A stretch of DNA of 63,965 nt, the filler included, from Dicyema japonicum (lineage: Eukaryota; Animalia; Dicyemida), in assembly GCA_011109175.1 (NCBI GenBank). It is 8 parts of 7 records of this genome, joined end to end, with 100 filler letters (N's around TTAATTAATTAA, not from the genome) between each part and the next. Parts side by side here need not be neighbours in the genome. Positions count along the whole stretch, not along the records: positions 51,644 to 54,479 come from RDEW01000188.1; positions 54,580 to 59,790 come from RDEW01000044.1; positions 59,891 to 62,078 come from RDEW01000185.1; positions 62,179 to 63,965 come from RDEW01000127.1; 4 more parts are not named here. The stretch is one strand, 5' to 3'. Below are positions 53,223 through 63,965 of this stretch, piece after piece. The position numbers were made by a program, and so were the translations under genes. Position 1 is the first letter of the stretch. Every line of letters begins with the position of its first letter. A model generated the notes under the pieces. The model ran no database searches. It saw only the letters and a list, made by a program, of their open reading frames with translations, and had not been told where the DNA came from.

Positions 53223-54225
53223 TCTATGTAATAAAAGAGTAAGTTATCAGTCTGTCTGTCCGTGCGCATTTATATAGCTAAAAAAAACCTAAGATAAATG
53301 CAAAATAGGATGATTCGACCTCTTCAAAAGATCAGTCCCTTAGAATATTAAAATTCTAAAACTCTAAAAAAAGCCTAAGATAAATGCAAAATAGGATGAT
53401 TCGACCTCTTCAAAAGATCAGTCCCTTAGAATATTAAAATTCTAAAACGAGTTAAAAAAAAGATTCATTGGAAAATAGGATGATTCGACCTCTTCAAGAG
53501 ATATGTCCCTTGGAAGATTAAAATTCTAAAAAGAGTAAAAAAAGAGATTCATTATTGGAAAATTAGATGATTCAACCTCTTCAAGACTTCGGTCCCTTAG
53601 AAAATTTAAATTCCTTAAAAAAAGTTTAAAAATAAAGATTCATTGGAAAATTAGATGATTCGACCTCTTCAAGAGAGTGGTCTTTTGGAAAATTAAAATT
53701 CTAAAAAGAGTTAAAAAAGAGATTCATTAGAAAATAGGATGATTCGACCTCTTCAAGAGATACTCATTATAGATAATCACAAAAATGAACACCTCTCCCC
53801 CTTACAAAACTTCAAATAATTCTTTAGAACCGTCAGGGATGCCATATCATACTTTAAAATTTAAAGTAGGAGCGCCAGTTGTTCTATTACAAATTCTAGA
53901 ATCTCAAAGGCTATGTAATGGTACAAGATTCGTAGTAAAAAAATTGATGTCTAATGTTATAGAAGCAACGATATTAACTGGGCGAAGTAAAGAAGACGTT
54001 TATATTCCAAGAATTCCAATAATTTCTGATGAAATAACCATTTAGACTTTAGAGACTACAATTTCCATTGAAGTTGAGTTTCACAATGACAATCAACAAA
54101 TCACAGGAACAAACTCTTAAAGTATTAGGTTTATGTTTAGCAAGTGAATGTTTTGCACGTGGACAGTTATATGTAGGTTATTCTAAGGTAGGTGAACGTG
54201 AAAACCTATTCATATATATTTAATA
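53223..54225 (+). mobile_element. Non-autonomous Helitron-like element: 5' TC end, minisatellite, PIF1-helicase C-terminal fragment
   Basis: Starts TCTATGTAATAAAAG...TCTGTCTGT. GMPYHTLKFKVGAPVVLL...LCNGTR and RLQFPLKLSFTMTINKSQ. Confidence 0.78.
53285..53760. repeat. Minisatellite, ~86-bp unit, 6 copies
   Basis: GATGATTCRACCTCTTCAA at 53309, 53395, 53479, 53565, 53654 and 53738. Confidence 0.92.
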
Positions 54226-54619
54226 AATGTCTTTCGCATTGCGGATAATGAAGTTTCGGTTTATTCAGCCTGTTTGTAGGGAAACTTTGTAAAACTTTGT
54301 TAACTCATCAAAAAGATTCGGATTATTGAAGTTCGGGTTAATGATGATTTACTGTATACAAACATATAAAATTTTTTTAATATTGATTTTACCTTAGTAT
54401 GATAAAAAATGGTCCATGGGAATTTTTAACAAAGAAAGTGGTCAATTTGCTAAAAAAGGCTGGGAACCCTTGATCTAAANNNNNNNNNNNNNNNNNNNNN
54501 NNNNNNNNNNNNNNNNNNNNNNNTTAATTAATTAANNNNNNNNNNNNNNNNNNNNNNNNNNNNNNNNNNNNNNNNNNNNTGCCAGGCCGGCATTAAAAAG
54601 GATCATTTGCTCTTCCCCA

Positions 54620-54775
54620 CTCCACTGGAGGGGTTTCCACAACTGCATGTAATGGACGCCTTTTATGCTGATTCCGGATGGACTCTGTTTCTGTAGAAGT
54701 GGAAACTGGATACACTTAATTAGTTGTTTACTTTAACTTCTTTCTCGGTGCATCCGGGGTTAATAAATAAATAAA
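54620..54775 (+). repeat. Dispersed repeat, probably a LINE 3' UTR (second copy ~57467-57595)
   Basis: CTCCACTGGAGGGGTTTCCACAACTGCA...GTGGAAACTGGATACACTTAATTAG in both copies. The end GGGGTTAATAAA matches the 22160-23050 LINE end. Confidence 0.8.
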
Positions 54776-55179
54776 TTTCGCAATATCGAGCTCATGTGAC
54801 GTTTTTTGAAACTCTCAGCGGGCGACGTGTCATGTACAAGCAGAACTCCTTGTGTTTCCTCATAGAATTCGTTTTTGAGCTAAAATTCAAATCTAGTGAG
54901 GACCTCATAATAAATAGGATTACCAGAAAAGTCGAAATGTAGGCTCGTATTTCTTCGTTCTTCAAAATTATTCTGAGTCATTAATATAACTACTTAGCAA
55001 CACAATAGTCAATGCCGATTGTACAGGCATATTTTGAGACAAATCTTTTTTTGCAGTATCGTTTGATTATGCAGCTCTATTTATGATATCTGGCCACTAC
55101 CTTCTTCAATTCGGCATCTCTCATGCTCATTATTATCAACTATCTTGCTTTATTGTTTTTCATCGCTTATTTGAAAGTT

Positions 55180-55610
55180 GTTTGGTTATTTTATCTGACG
55201 GGACGGGTTGACCACATTACCCTTTGAGGCCGGGAAACCACTTGTTTGGGACGTGACATGTACAGACACGTTCGCCCCGAGCGATCTTCATGAGTTCACT
55301 TCAAGTGCCTGCTTTGCAGCCGTCAAGGCGGAGAAGACCAAATTCGAAAAATACGGCGGCCTTCCCGATAATGTCTAATTTGTTCCGCTTGCTATAGAGA
55401 CTTCCAGATCCTACTCCTCCTCTACATTAGAGTTTTTTGGACGTCTTTAAAACTGGATCACCTCATGCACTGGAGATCTCTGCGAACGCCGCTGGCGGTT
55501 CGAGCGAATTTCGCTCCCAATTCTGAGAGGGAACAGCCACGCAATGAGGGCTGCAGCTCACTGATGTTTTGTCCTTTTATAATAAATTTGATTAAATGTA
55601 AAAAAAAAAT
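55180..55610 (+). mobile_element. CRE-type retrotransposon 3' end (RLE domain)
   Basis: GKPLVWDVTCTDTF, PLAIETS and RISLPILRGN; poly(A) near 55600. Confidence 0.75.
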
Positions 55611-56039
55611 TAAAATTTAATTTATTTAACTTTAATTAACAAAAAATAAATAACCTCAACACAATTTAAAGAAGTTAAAAACAATTTTATTTCTTAGCCT
55701 CATTCCTATTCCTACGAACTGTTTTTTTGTAAATAAAGTTTCTGTCCTGCCTATGAAGAGTTCTAGTAGTAAGCTCTTAGAAATTTATCAAATTGTAAAT
55801 TAGCATTATTTCGGTTGGTTGAGAATTCATACTTTAAACTTCTTTGCAAAGATGGACTAAAGAAATCTGTTTATAATAAGTGAGTCAGAAGAACGGTTTT
55901 ATCGAAAGTGTATCGGTTCACGAGAGCAACACCGGGAAAAGATGAGAATATTGCTGAGAGAACCGGGATCACTTGATGGCGTTTTCCTTTTAATTAATTT
56001 TACCTGGTGATTTTTGGCTTATTAATAATAAAAATTACA

Positions 56040-56532
56040 AACTATTTTAACACTAGAGTAGACGGTAAACTAACCGGCCTCTTCAGACAAATATCTCTTA
56101 GAAAAGCTCATTCTCGATCCGATTAAACCTTATCTTCAAGACGTAACCTTCCAATATGGTTTTAAGAAGGGTCACTTTACAACTACTCACCATACACCAC
56201 CGCTTCCCGATTGGGGGTGCTCGCACCCTTGCAAAAATACCTGCAAGTTCTGGTTCCATTTGCAACAACTTGGCTATGTGAATCTGGATTTTCATATCTA
56301 CTATATAAAAAAAGTACAGAAACGCTCTTAACCCTGAAAACGATCTCAGATTGCACCAGCAAACAAAAAACCAAGTTTCGAAGAATTAATTATATCTAAC
56401 GGCAGGAAAAGTCTCACGGAACCTAACTATTTTTTGTTGAATGAAATTCGAATTCTGTTAGATTTAAAATCGGAAATGCGAGGTTGGTTTTCTAATTTTT
56501 TTGGGGTGCGAACTCAAACGAATCGGGAAGCG
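56040..56532 (+). mobile_element. hAT C-terminal dimerisation-domain relic
   Basis: LVPFATTWLCESGFS; decayed 3' TIR ending GCGCTG. Confidence 0.65.
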
Positions 56533-56559
56533 CTGGAATAAATTAAATTACTAACCCCA

Positions 56560-59450
56560 GTTTCGCTAACATCTAGAAAACTGGTAAATCAATAAACGCG
56601 CCGCTCAGACAGGACGCTACTTTTGACGTCAAATTCTGGAGGTCCAAGGCAAGCAAAGAGATTACGAACCTCTGTCCCAACCAAGAAAGGATGAATTCCA
56701 CGTCGTAAACGAGAAAGTTTATCTCTGAAATCCTTTGGAAAAGCTGTTTTGAATCGCTAATCATGAGGTATGCGGTACAGTATCTTGTTCTCTACCAGAG
56801 TTCGATTACACGTCTAGATACAAAGTCATGTTTACATTTAGTCCTGGTTTAGTCTTTTGTCAGAGGAGAGATTCTCTTTAGTGTTCTTTGGTGATCAGTT
56901 AATTTTATCCGTATGTATCTAAGGTTTGTGGATAAAAGGAATGGAATGGTTGGATTTTTCAGATCAAGTGATAGTCGAAGAAATTGTAATTTCGTCAATT
57001 CAAAGTGGTCACTCAGAGACAGAATCTTTTGCTCCTAATGTAAGCGCTTGACGTGAGATGATTTCAAACACTCAATTTACAGCGTTCAATGCTCAGCTTT
57101 GAACCTACCGCAACTTTTATAGGAGGGAGAACGCTATGCGAGGTACCCAGATTGAAGAGGCATAGTTTAACGCCGTCCTAATGATTTACTTGTACAATAA
57201 GGTAAGCCATCATTTTACAGGCCGTTCGTGTGTTTAGCTATTACTCGGAGGAATTTTCATTATAATTTGATTCAAAGCACTTCAACGTGTTTGTTAAAAC
57301 TAAGTGACAATCAGGATGTATGAAAATGATAACATATTTGACCCAGTCCTCTGTAAAGATTATTTTTGAGCCAGGGACTGTCATGTTTCTTATTTTTATT
57401 TATTTATTTTTTTTTATTTTTTTATTTTTTATTTATTTTTTTTGTTTCTTATTTAAATTAAAATTACCTCCACTGGAGGGGTTTCCACAACTGCAAGTAT
57501 AGACGTCTTTTACCCTTTATGTTGATTCCGGATGAACTCTGTTTCTGTAGAAGTGGAAACTGGATACACTTAATTAGTTGTCTACTTTAACTTTTTTCCC
57601 TTAAAAGATGTCCCTAACCAATAAATGAGGCCTGAATACGCCGATCATGAGATCAACTGGAGAAGTCTTCTCATCACGCGCGTCGTGGCTTTTAAATGTA
57701 ACTAGGTGTCCGAGTTTCTTTAGGAAGCGAAAAAAATTAAATTAAAAAATTCAAATTACTATGAAGGGGCTTCTCGTTGTGAATTTAAAGTTTCACGTGA
57801 TATTGTGATCCTCGATGACGAAGATATCAGGAGATGAGAATAGCCGGCAAAGTAGATTTCATACATTAGTTAAGCCTGGTAGACAACTCCTTGACAAAGT
57901 ACTCGATGCGGTTGCCATCGTGCTAACAACTGACCAAATTACCGGGGATTCTCTAAATCTTATCGGACGTGTGAATGGTACTGATTTGTAGGTCGGTAAC
58001 AAGTGCGTCTGTTTCGGAATTCCTGATCTCCGACCTTTGGAGGATTGAGATCTTCTTCCACAGAGGATTCCACGCGGATTTGACTGAAACTGTATTTGTG
58101 ATTAATAAAGTCCAGAAACAAAGAGGATTAGAATTTTTCCGTCATTTATTCAGATTAATGCGGCCATGTATTAAAACGCACACCCGAAGTACTGTTTGTG
58201 TAGTGCTTATGTAATAAAAATGGGTTTCGAATTTTATAGTCCACAAGGGTTAAAACAGATATTTCTATTCACATTTTTACTATATTTTTACACGTCGCAA
58301 GAATCACATACCACATCGAAGGTGAGATTTTCCTCAAGACCTCAGCAAAAGCTTTGTCTTTATCGTTAAATTATTCTTATTTAACTAAGAATTTATATAA
58401 CATTGTTTTCAGTATAATAGGCATATTTGGCTATTTGTTCCGCTCTTCGAGCGTAAATACCCATTCGATTTTTAAGGACTTGGCGAAATGATTATTTTAA
58501 ACAAATAGTAGTTTTAGATAATATAGTTAACTGTTTTTTTTGAGAAGAGTAAAATTATCTAAATAAAGATTCGTGATGATAGTGTCTCGCAATCTGAGGG
58601 TGGTACATGTGCGTTTAATGCCTGTTGGAATAATCTCAGGGTATAACATGTCATTCTCTGTATTAAATCAAATCGAAACCGCTAGTCCTCAAAAGTTACA
58701 AATTTTAGTTAGAACAATTGACGTTGGAAGATTCTCCATTTTAAAATCCCAAGCTATCCATAATCACTATTTCCTCTGTAACTGCGCCATGCATCGAGAA
58801 AGTTATCTTAAATGGCTAAAAAATGGATGAAGAATTATTCCTTCTCTGTAGTGACCCTTGGTTAGAGATAAAACTGTTTTCTCTTTACAGAAGCATTCTT
58901 TGTCCCATGTATTAAAGACTAACCACGTCCCCCGGTTATGATGCATAGATTCCCTAGAGATAAAGAATAACTCAATTTTTATTCATACTTGTGTGGTCCC
59001 TAATTTCCCCCGTGGCCAAATGGAACATTATAGTGTCGTTAGCCTTTACTGCTGGATTTGGAAAACGAATTGTCCGACCTTCCTATGTGTACAGATATAG
59101 GATCTTTTGAGGTCCAATTATCATTTTCTTAACCTTGCAGAGCTTCACCTGGGGAGATGAGAATCTTTGTATACCTCAGCTTCTCCCATTGAAGTCGCCT
59201 TGGGAGGGAGATCAAGTCTGCCATAAAGAACTAAGCAAACCCATAATTCCGATCGGAAAGCGATGGTCTGTTCAAGTATCTTGTAGATCATTACGACCCT
59301 TTTTTGGCTATTTACTTTGTCTCCTGGTAGTTAAGGGCAAATTTGAAGTATTCCTGAAGTACCAATGCCATCGGAATACACTCTCGCTGTTTGTGAAGGC
59401 TTTATTTGGCTTTGGGGCAAACACTCAACCCAATTTACTGAGCACCCACT
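56560..59450 (-). mobile_element. Decayed Penelope-like sequence (RT and GIY-YIG traces)
   Basis: ATSMG (RT G.xMG-like) near 59190, and LSDH and PGLN traces near 56830-57020. Very degenerate. Confidence 0.3.
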
Positions 59451-59639
59451 TTTTGGAGCATTTACTGATCTCAAATGTCTCTTTATTCCTTTAAACCCTT
59501 TAAAAATATTAAGTATAAACGAACTAACCATATTATTATTATTATTTAAGCCAAGGTAATATCAACACGAATTTACAATTTATTTAATTCAAATTATTTT
59601 TTATAAAACACGTTTTATTTAACAATAATATATTATTTA

Positions 59640-59790
59640 TTATAATAATGGGGAAGAGCGGCTGCTGACATTAAGGAGTAAGCGTTTCCGCGGACAACTG
59701 CAATCCCAATTCGTTGCCTCAGCAGTTTCACGTATGTCAAAAGATCTTTGGTGTGACACATGATATGCATCTCTGTCTACATCACACGTA
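59640..59790 (-). mobile_element. CRE/RLE-type 3' terminal fragment
   Basis: LRQRIGIAVVRGNA followed by an AT-rich tail. Confidence 0.6.
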
Positions 59791-60197
59791 NNNNNNNNNN
59801 NNNNNNNNNNNNNNNNNNNNNNNNNNNNNNNNNNTTAATTAATTAANNNNNNNNNNNNNNNNNNNNNNNNNNNNNNNNNNNNNNNNNNNNTGCATGGCTC
59901 CAAATGTCTGGACGTGATTAAGTGTGGAATTTCTGAAGAACGCTAATAAACAACGAGACTTGGACAAGCTTTTATGCTCAAACTGAACTTGACCTAGACC
60001 AGCATCATTTTGTTGAGCATTAGCAGTCTTCATTTAATGAGAAATTTGCGTTTTTTTCTTAACTTTCAAAACCATTAAAGGCAGAAATTAGGAACGAATA
60101 TATTATTGAACTTCATTAAAAAATTATATTTAATTATTGATAAAAGTAATATTAACTGGAAAATAATATTAAATATAATTGTCGGGACAATACATTG

Positions 60198-60746
60198 TGA
60201 AATTAGCTATAAATTCAGTAAATCCTAATGTTTAGTTCTAACAATTAGAGATGTTGTCATTAATGAGACTGCTATAGTCCTGCTTTGTAAAATGAATATT
60301 ATTAACCCCGGATACACCGAGAAAGAAGTTGACAGTCAATTAAGTGTATTCTCATTGCAAAAGACACCTTGAAATTAGCTATAAATTCAGTAAATCCTAA
60401 TGTTATAGTTCTAACAATTAGAGATGTTGTCATTAATGAGACTGCTATAGTCCTGCTTTGTAAAATGAATATTATTAACCCCGGATACACTGAGAAAGAA
60501 GTTGACAGTCAATTAAGTGTATTCTCATTGCAAAAGACACCTTCCATATCTTACAAGTTTATTCAGAACCAGTATAAAGAGTAAAGACGATTCCCAATGT
60601 ATGTGTGAGTGGTTTTAAACAGATATTAATAAAAATTGACAATTTATTAAATTATAAAAGTATAAAGAGTAAAGACGATTCCCAATGTATGTGTGAGTGG
60701 TTTTAAACAGATATTAATAAAAATTGACAATTTATTAAATTATAAA
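60198..60746. repeat. Two adjacent tandem duplications (172 bp x2; 88 bp x2)
   Basis: Units start at 60198/60370 and 60571/60659. Confidence 0.9.
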
Positions 60747-62329
60747 AAATAATTGAAATAATTAATTTATGTCCCAAAATAATTAAAAAACAATAATCTT
60801 GTGATAAATGGACTTTGTGACTAGCATGTATATATATGGTGCTATGTGGCTGGTATGTATATGATATGTCTCCCTTTGATGGCGTCATTAAATCAACGTT
60901 TACTGAGGAGACGCCCAATGCCTGCATCAAGAGGATCACTTTTCTTTCCCCGGGGACAATGTCGTTACATGGAGACAAGTTCTGGAACGAGTCTGGATCA
61001 AGGATTTAGTTAGTTTGGTTATCATTGGTCTTTGGAATAATTTTAATTTAATACAGGTGATTCCGGCCGCCTCGAGTAGCCACATCATTCTTGCTCGATG
61101 CTGAAGGTCAAGAGTGGGTCGTAAGTTACGCCCAGTTTCTTGACCGAGTTGGTCGTGTGAATTGAGTTTCCATTTATGGCTACACATGGAGCAGAGTAGT
61201 TAATTAATTTGTGGGTGATTTTTGGTTTTTAATAATAATACAGATTCAAAGACAAATTCATTAATGAGCCCACAGCTTCTTCTATTGAGACGCAATTATG
61301 CCGGGTAATTGAAATTAAAGATGACACATATGTACTTTAAACTGAGAATGGGGAACGGATGAGGTACACATAAATCTATAGGCAGTTGTCAATGGAAATA
61401 GCCACTCCATTCTTTCAGATTAATTTGATTCTTATGTTTTTGTGATATCTTGAATTAAATAATATGAAAGATGATATGTAACCTTATTGTATAACCACGT
61501 CAGGTATTTGACTTGTCATCTCATCTTGTCTCTCTCCCTAAGCATCCCTATAAGTTTCAACGGTCTAATCTCATATAGCAAATGAGATTGTCGCTTCAAT
61601 TAATATTGTGTTGAACAAAGAGAACATAACCACATTAAGCGGAAATAGTGTAATATTTGAGTATCTGCAAAAAGGAGACATCAGAGTAGGCCTCACTAAT
61701 AGAATCCAAAATATAGAGCATCTGATAAGCCTTTACCAAAGTCAAAGGCCTCTTAATAAAACTTACTAATTATAACATTACTATAGTTATTATGGGAGAG
61801 GCAAAATTTTTGTCATTGAGACAATACAAAAAAAAGGTTGAGATACGCTGAATTATGTAATGGTGGGATCAGGACAAAAATCTTCAAAAACGTTATTGTC
61901 TTCATAATTCTTGTTTTTTCCGATGAGTTGTGAAAGATTGCTTTATGTTTGTTTAACAATTGTGTTTCATTTTTATAATTCACTAATCCCACAATTCACG
62001 TGGAGTATGTGCAAACCAAAATAGAATATTAAATGGTAGTCTCTTCCATACTCCTCGATCGTCAGTCAGCGATATCATNNNNNNNNNNNNNNNNNNNNNN
62101 NNNNNNNNNNNNNNNNNNNNNNTTAATTAATTAANNNNNNNNNNNNNNNNNNNNNNNNNNNNNNNNNNNNNNNNNNNNCAAAAGGTCTAATTTTCATCCT
62201 GTATAGCTGCAACAGAGCAAGGCAGTTATTTATTCTTTGCTCTGCTTGAAACCAAATAATTCTTCATTGTTTTGAATAAAAGATTTTTTTGGACTACGTC
62301 GAAAAAAAGACACGTTTCGTCGCAATTGA

Positions 62330-62800
62330 AAATCTTTTTTTTCCATATTCGTCAATTTTGATATTAAATTGAATTAAAAATTTAATTTATTTTTTCTAGC
62401 CATCGGTATGAAGCCTTAAAAATTTGAAGTAAGATTCTAGATTCGACTTACAGTCATAATAAAATGATTTTAGGAATTACTATAATACCGATTTTTTTGG
62501 ATTAAAGGTCCGGAAATAGGAACGTTTTGTTTTCGTAGTGTTGAAATACATCCAACACTTTTGAATCCAAAACTTTATACTCATCTAGTGACTGATTCTG
62601 AAGTCTCTGCATTTGAATAAATCTGTCCATTTTTTGTCAATGGAACAATGTTTCTCTTGAGTCTAGAAATTGTTCCGATACTTGTGTCAAACATTCTCAC
62701 GAGTTTTCGAATTGAATACTCCGTTTTTGAACGAAGTTTAGCAATTTCAATTTTTGTAGTTTAAGCGCATAAAAGATGTAGATAACTTTAAGACAGGCAA
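62330..62800 (-). mobile_element. pogo/Tigger fragment related to 30555-31714
   Basis: TSIGTISRLKRNIVP versus TSKGTIARIKKTIVP; PISGPLI. Confidence 0.6.
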
Positions 62801-63043
62801 AAAATCTTACAAAGTTACGTACGATAAAAAATTTAGAGCGTTGGTGACAATGTTGTTCCATGCGGCACCCAATTTGAAGAGTATCACGGTTTTTATTTCT
62901 GGTTATTTGCCAATTTTCATCCATTATCGCAGAACTAAAAATCACGTTTATATTATTATAAACAACATTTATAAAATCATAATAGTTATAATTTCACTCG
63001 TGCAGCATTCAAAACAATCCTCCGAACCAATTTCTTAACCTCC

Positions 63044-63965
63044 TCAATCGTAGGAGAGTTTCCTCAACTCGTTCCCACTTCTTGCTGGCCAGTTCAGTCC
63101 TAGTAGGGATCTAAGTTGTCTTCGATGGAAAGAGTCTAGTCCAAGTAGTTCAATTTTGGACATTCCCCAGGTCGATGAATTGTACACTAGGATCGGCTTG
63201 ACAAAGGCTTCATACAGTCTCAAACGAAGTGATGTGCAGGATTGTCGTTTGCCAACCCACTCTTTCTTCAACTTGTTCATCGTTACCCAAGCGAGGGCTT
63301 TCCTTTTGGCAAAATCTTGACTGTCTCCAAGTAAATAGCCAAGTTTGTTTGTTTTTCGCCATGTTTCATTTGATCTGCATTCCATTCTGACTTCCACAAT
63401 GTCAGTTTTTGCGATGTTCATTTCAAGGAACCATCGGTTCAGCTCAGCAGGGGCTTGTTAGGTTTTTGCATTGGTATTAATAGTCCGGATCCAAGAGATG
63501 GGTATTCTTTTTTTTATAACCATAGAGTTGAGTAGTTTTGCCAACTTGTCTGTTAGTGCTGGTGGCCCATATTGACAAGTTCTGAATTGATTCCATCCGG
63601 TCTAGGGGAGCGACAATTCTTAATTTGACTATTGCATTTGAGATTTCGCCAGGTGTAATTATCATTATTATTATTACAGCACTTATCGCCTTGCCATAAT
63701 AGTTATAGCAAAGCATGTGCAATACAAGAAACAATGTTATTAGTTAGCCTCTTCCATCCTCCACGNTTAGTGCTGGTGGCCCATATTTGACAAGTTCTGA
63801 ATTGATTCCATCCGGTCTAGGGGAGCGACAATTCTTAATTTGACTATTGCATTTGAGATTTCGCCAGGTGTAATTATCATTATTATTATTACAGCACTTA
63901 TCGCCTTGCCATAATAGTTATAGCAAAGCATGTGCAATACAAGAAACAATGTTATTAGTTAGCCT
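63044..63965 (-). mobile_element. RTE-type LINE fragments; 63767-63965 duplicates ~63555-63750 across a single N
   Basis: LRLRLYEAFVKPILVYNSSTW, same family as ORF 20134-20754. ITPGEISNAIVKL is the pre-RT motif. Confidence 0.8.

Overview
AT-rich eukaryotic (animal-like) genomic DNA, made of 8 contigs joined by artificial 100-bp spacers (44 N + TTAATTAATTAA + 44 N). Four host genes could be reconstructed by hand, all on the minus strand: an ACSS2-type acetyl-CoA synthetase (14 introns), an EEIG1/FAM102 NT-C2 protein, an unidentified multi-pass membrane protein and a centrin-like EF-hand gene. The most striking feature is 22 GT-AG introns of only 21-26 nt with degenerate donors and no polypyrimidine tract. 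This range matches what is reported for dicyemid mesozoans, but the taxon is my inference. The rest is mostly decayed and nested mobile DNA: hAT/Buster elements with intact TIRs and TSDs, pogo/Tigger, Tc1, Helitron, RTE, CRE-type and other LINEs, Penelope-like relics and a tRNA-derived SINE. There is also a ~10.7 kb satellite of ~160-bp monomers with discrete subtypes. I found no prokaryotic system (CRISPR, defence island). The best leads are the micro-intron splicing grammar, a Val-to-Ala change in the ACS acyl pocket, the satellite's subtype ordering and the SINE 3' stem-loop shared with a possible RLE-type LINE. Family assignments come from remembered motifs, not database searches.
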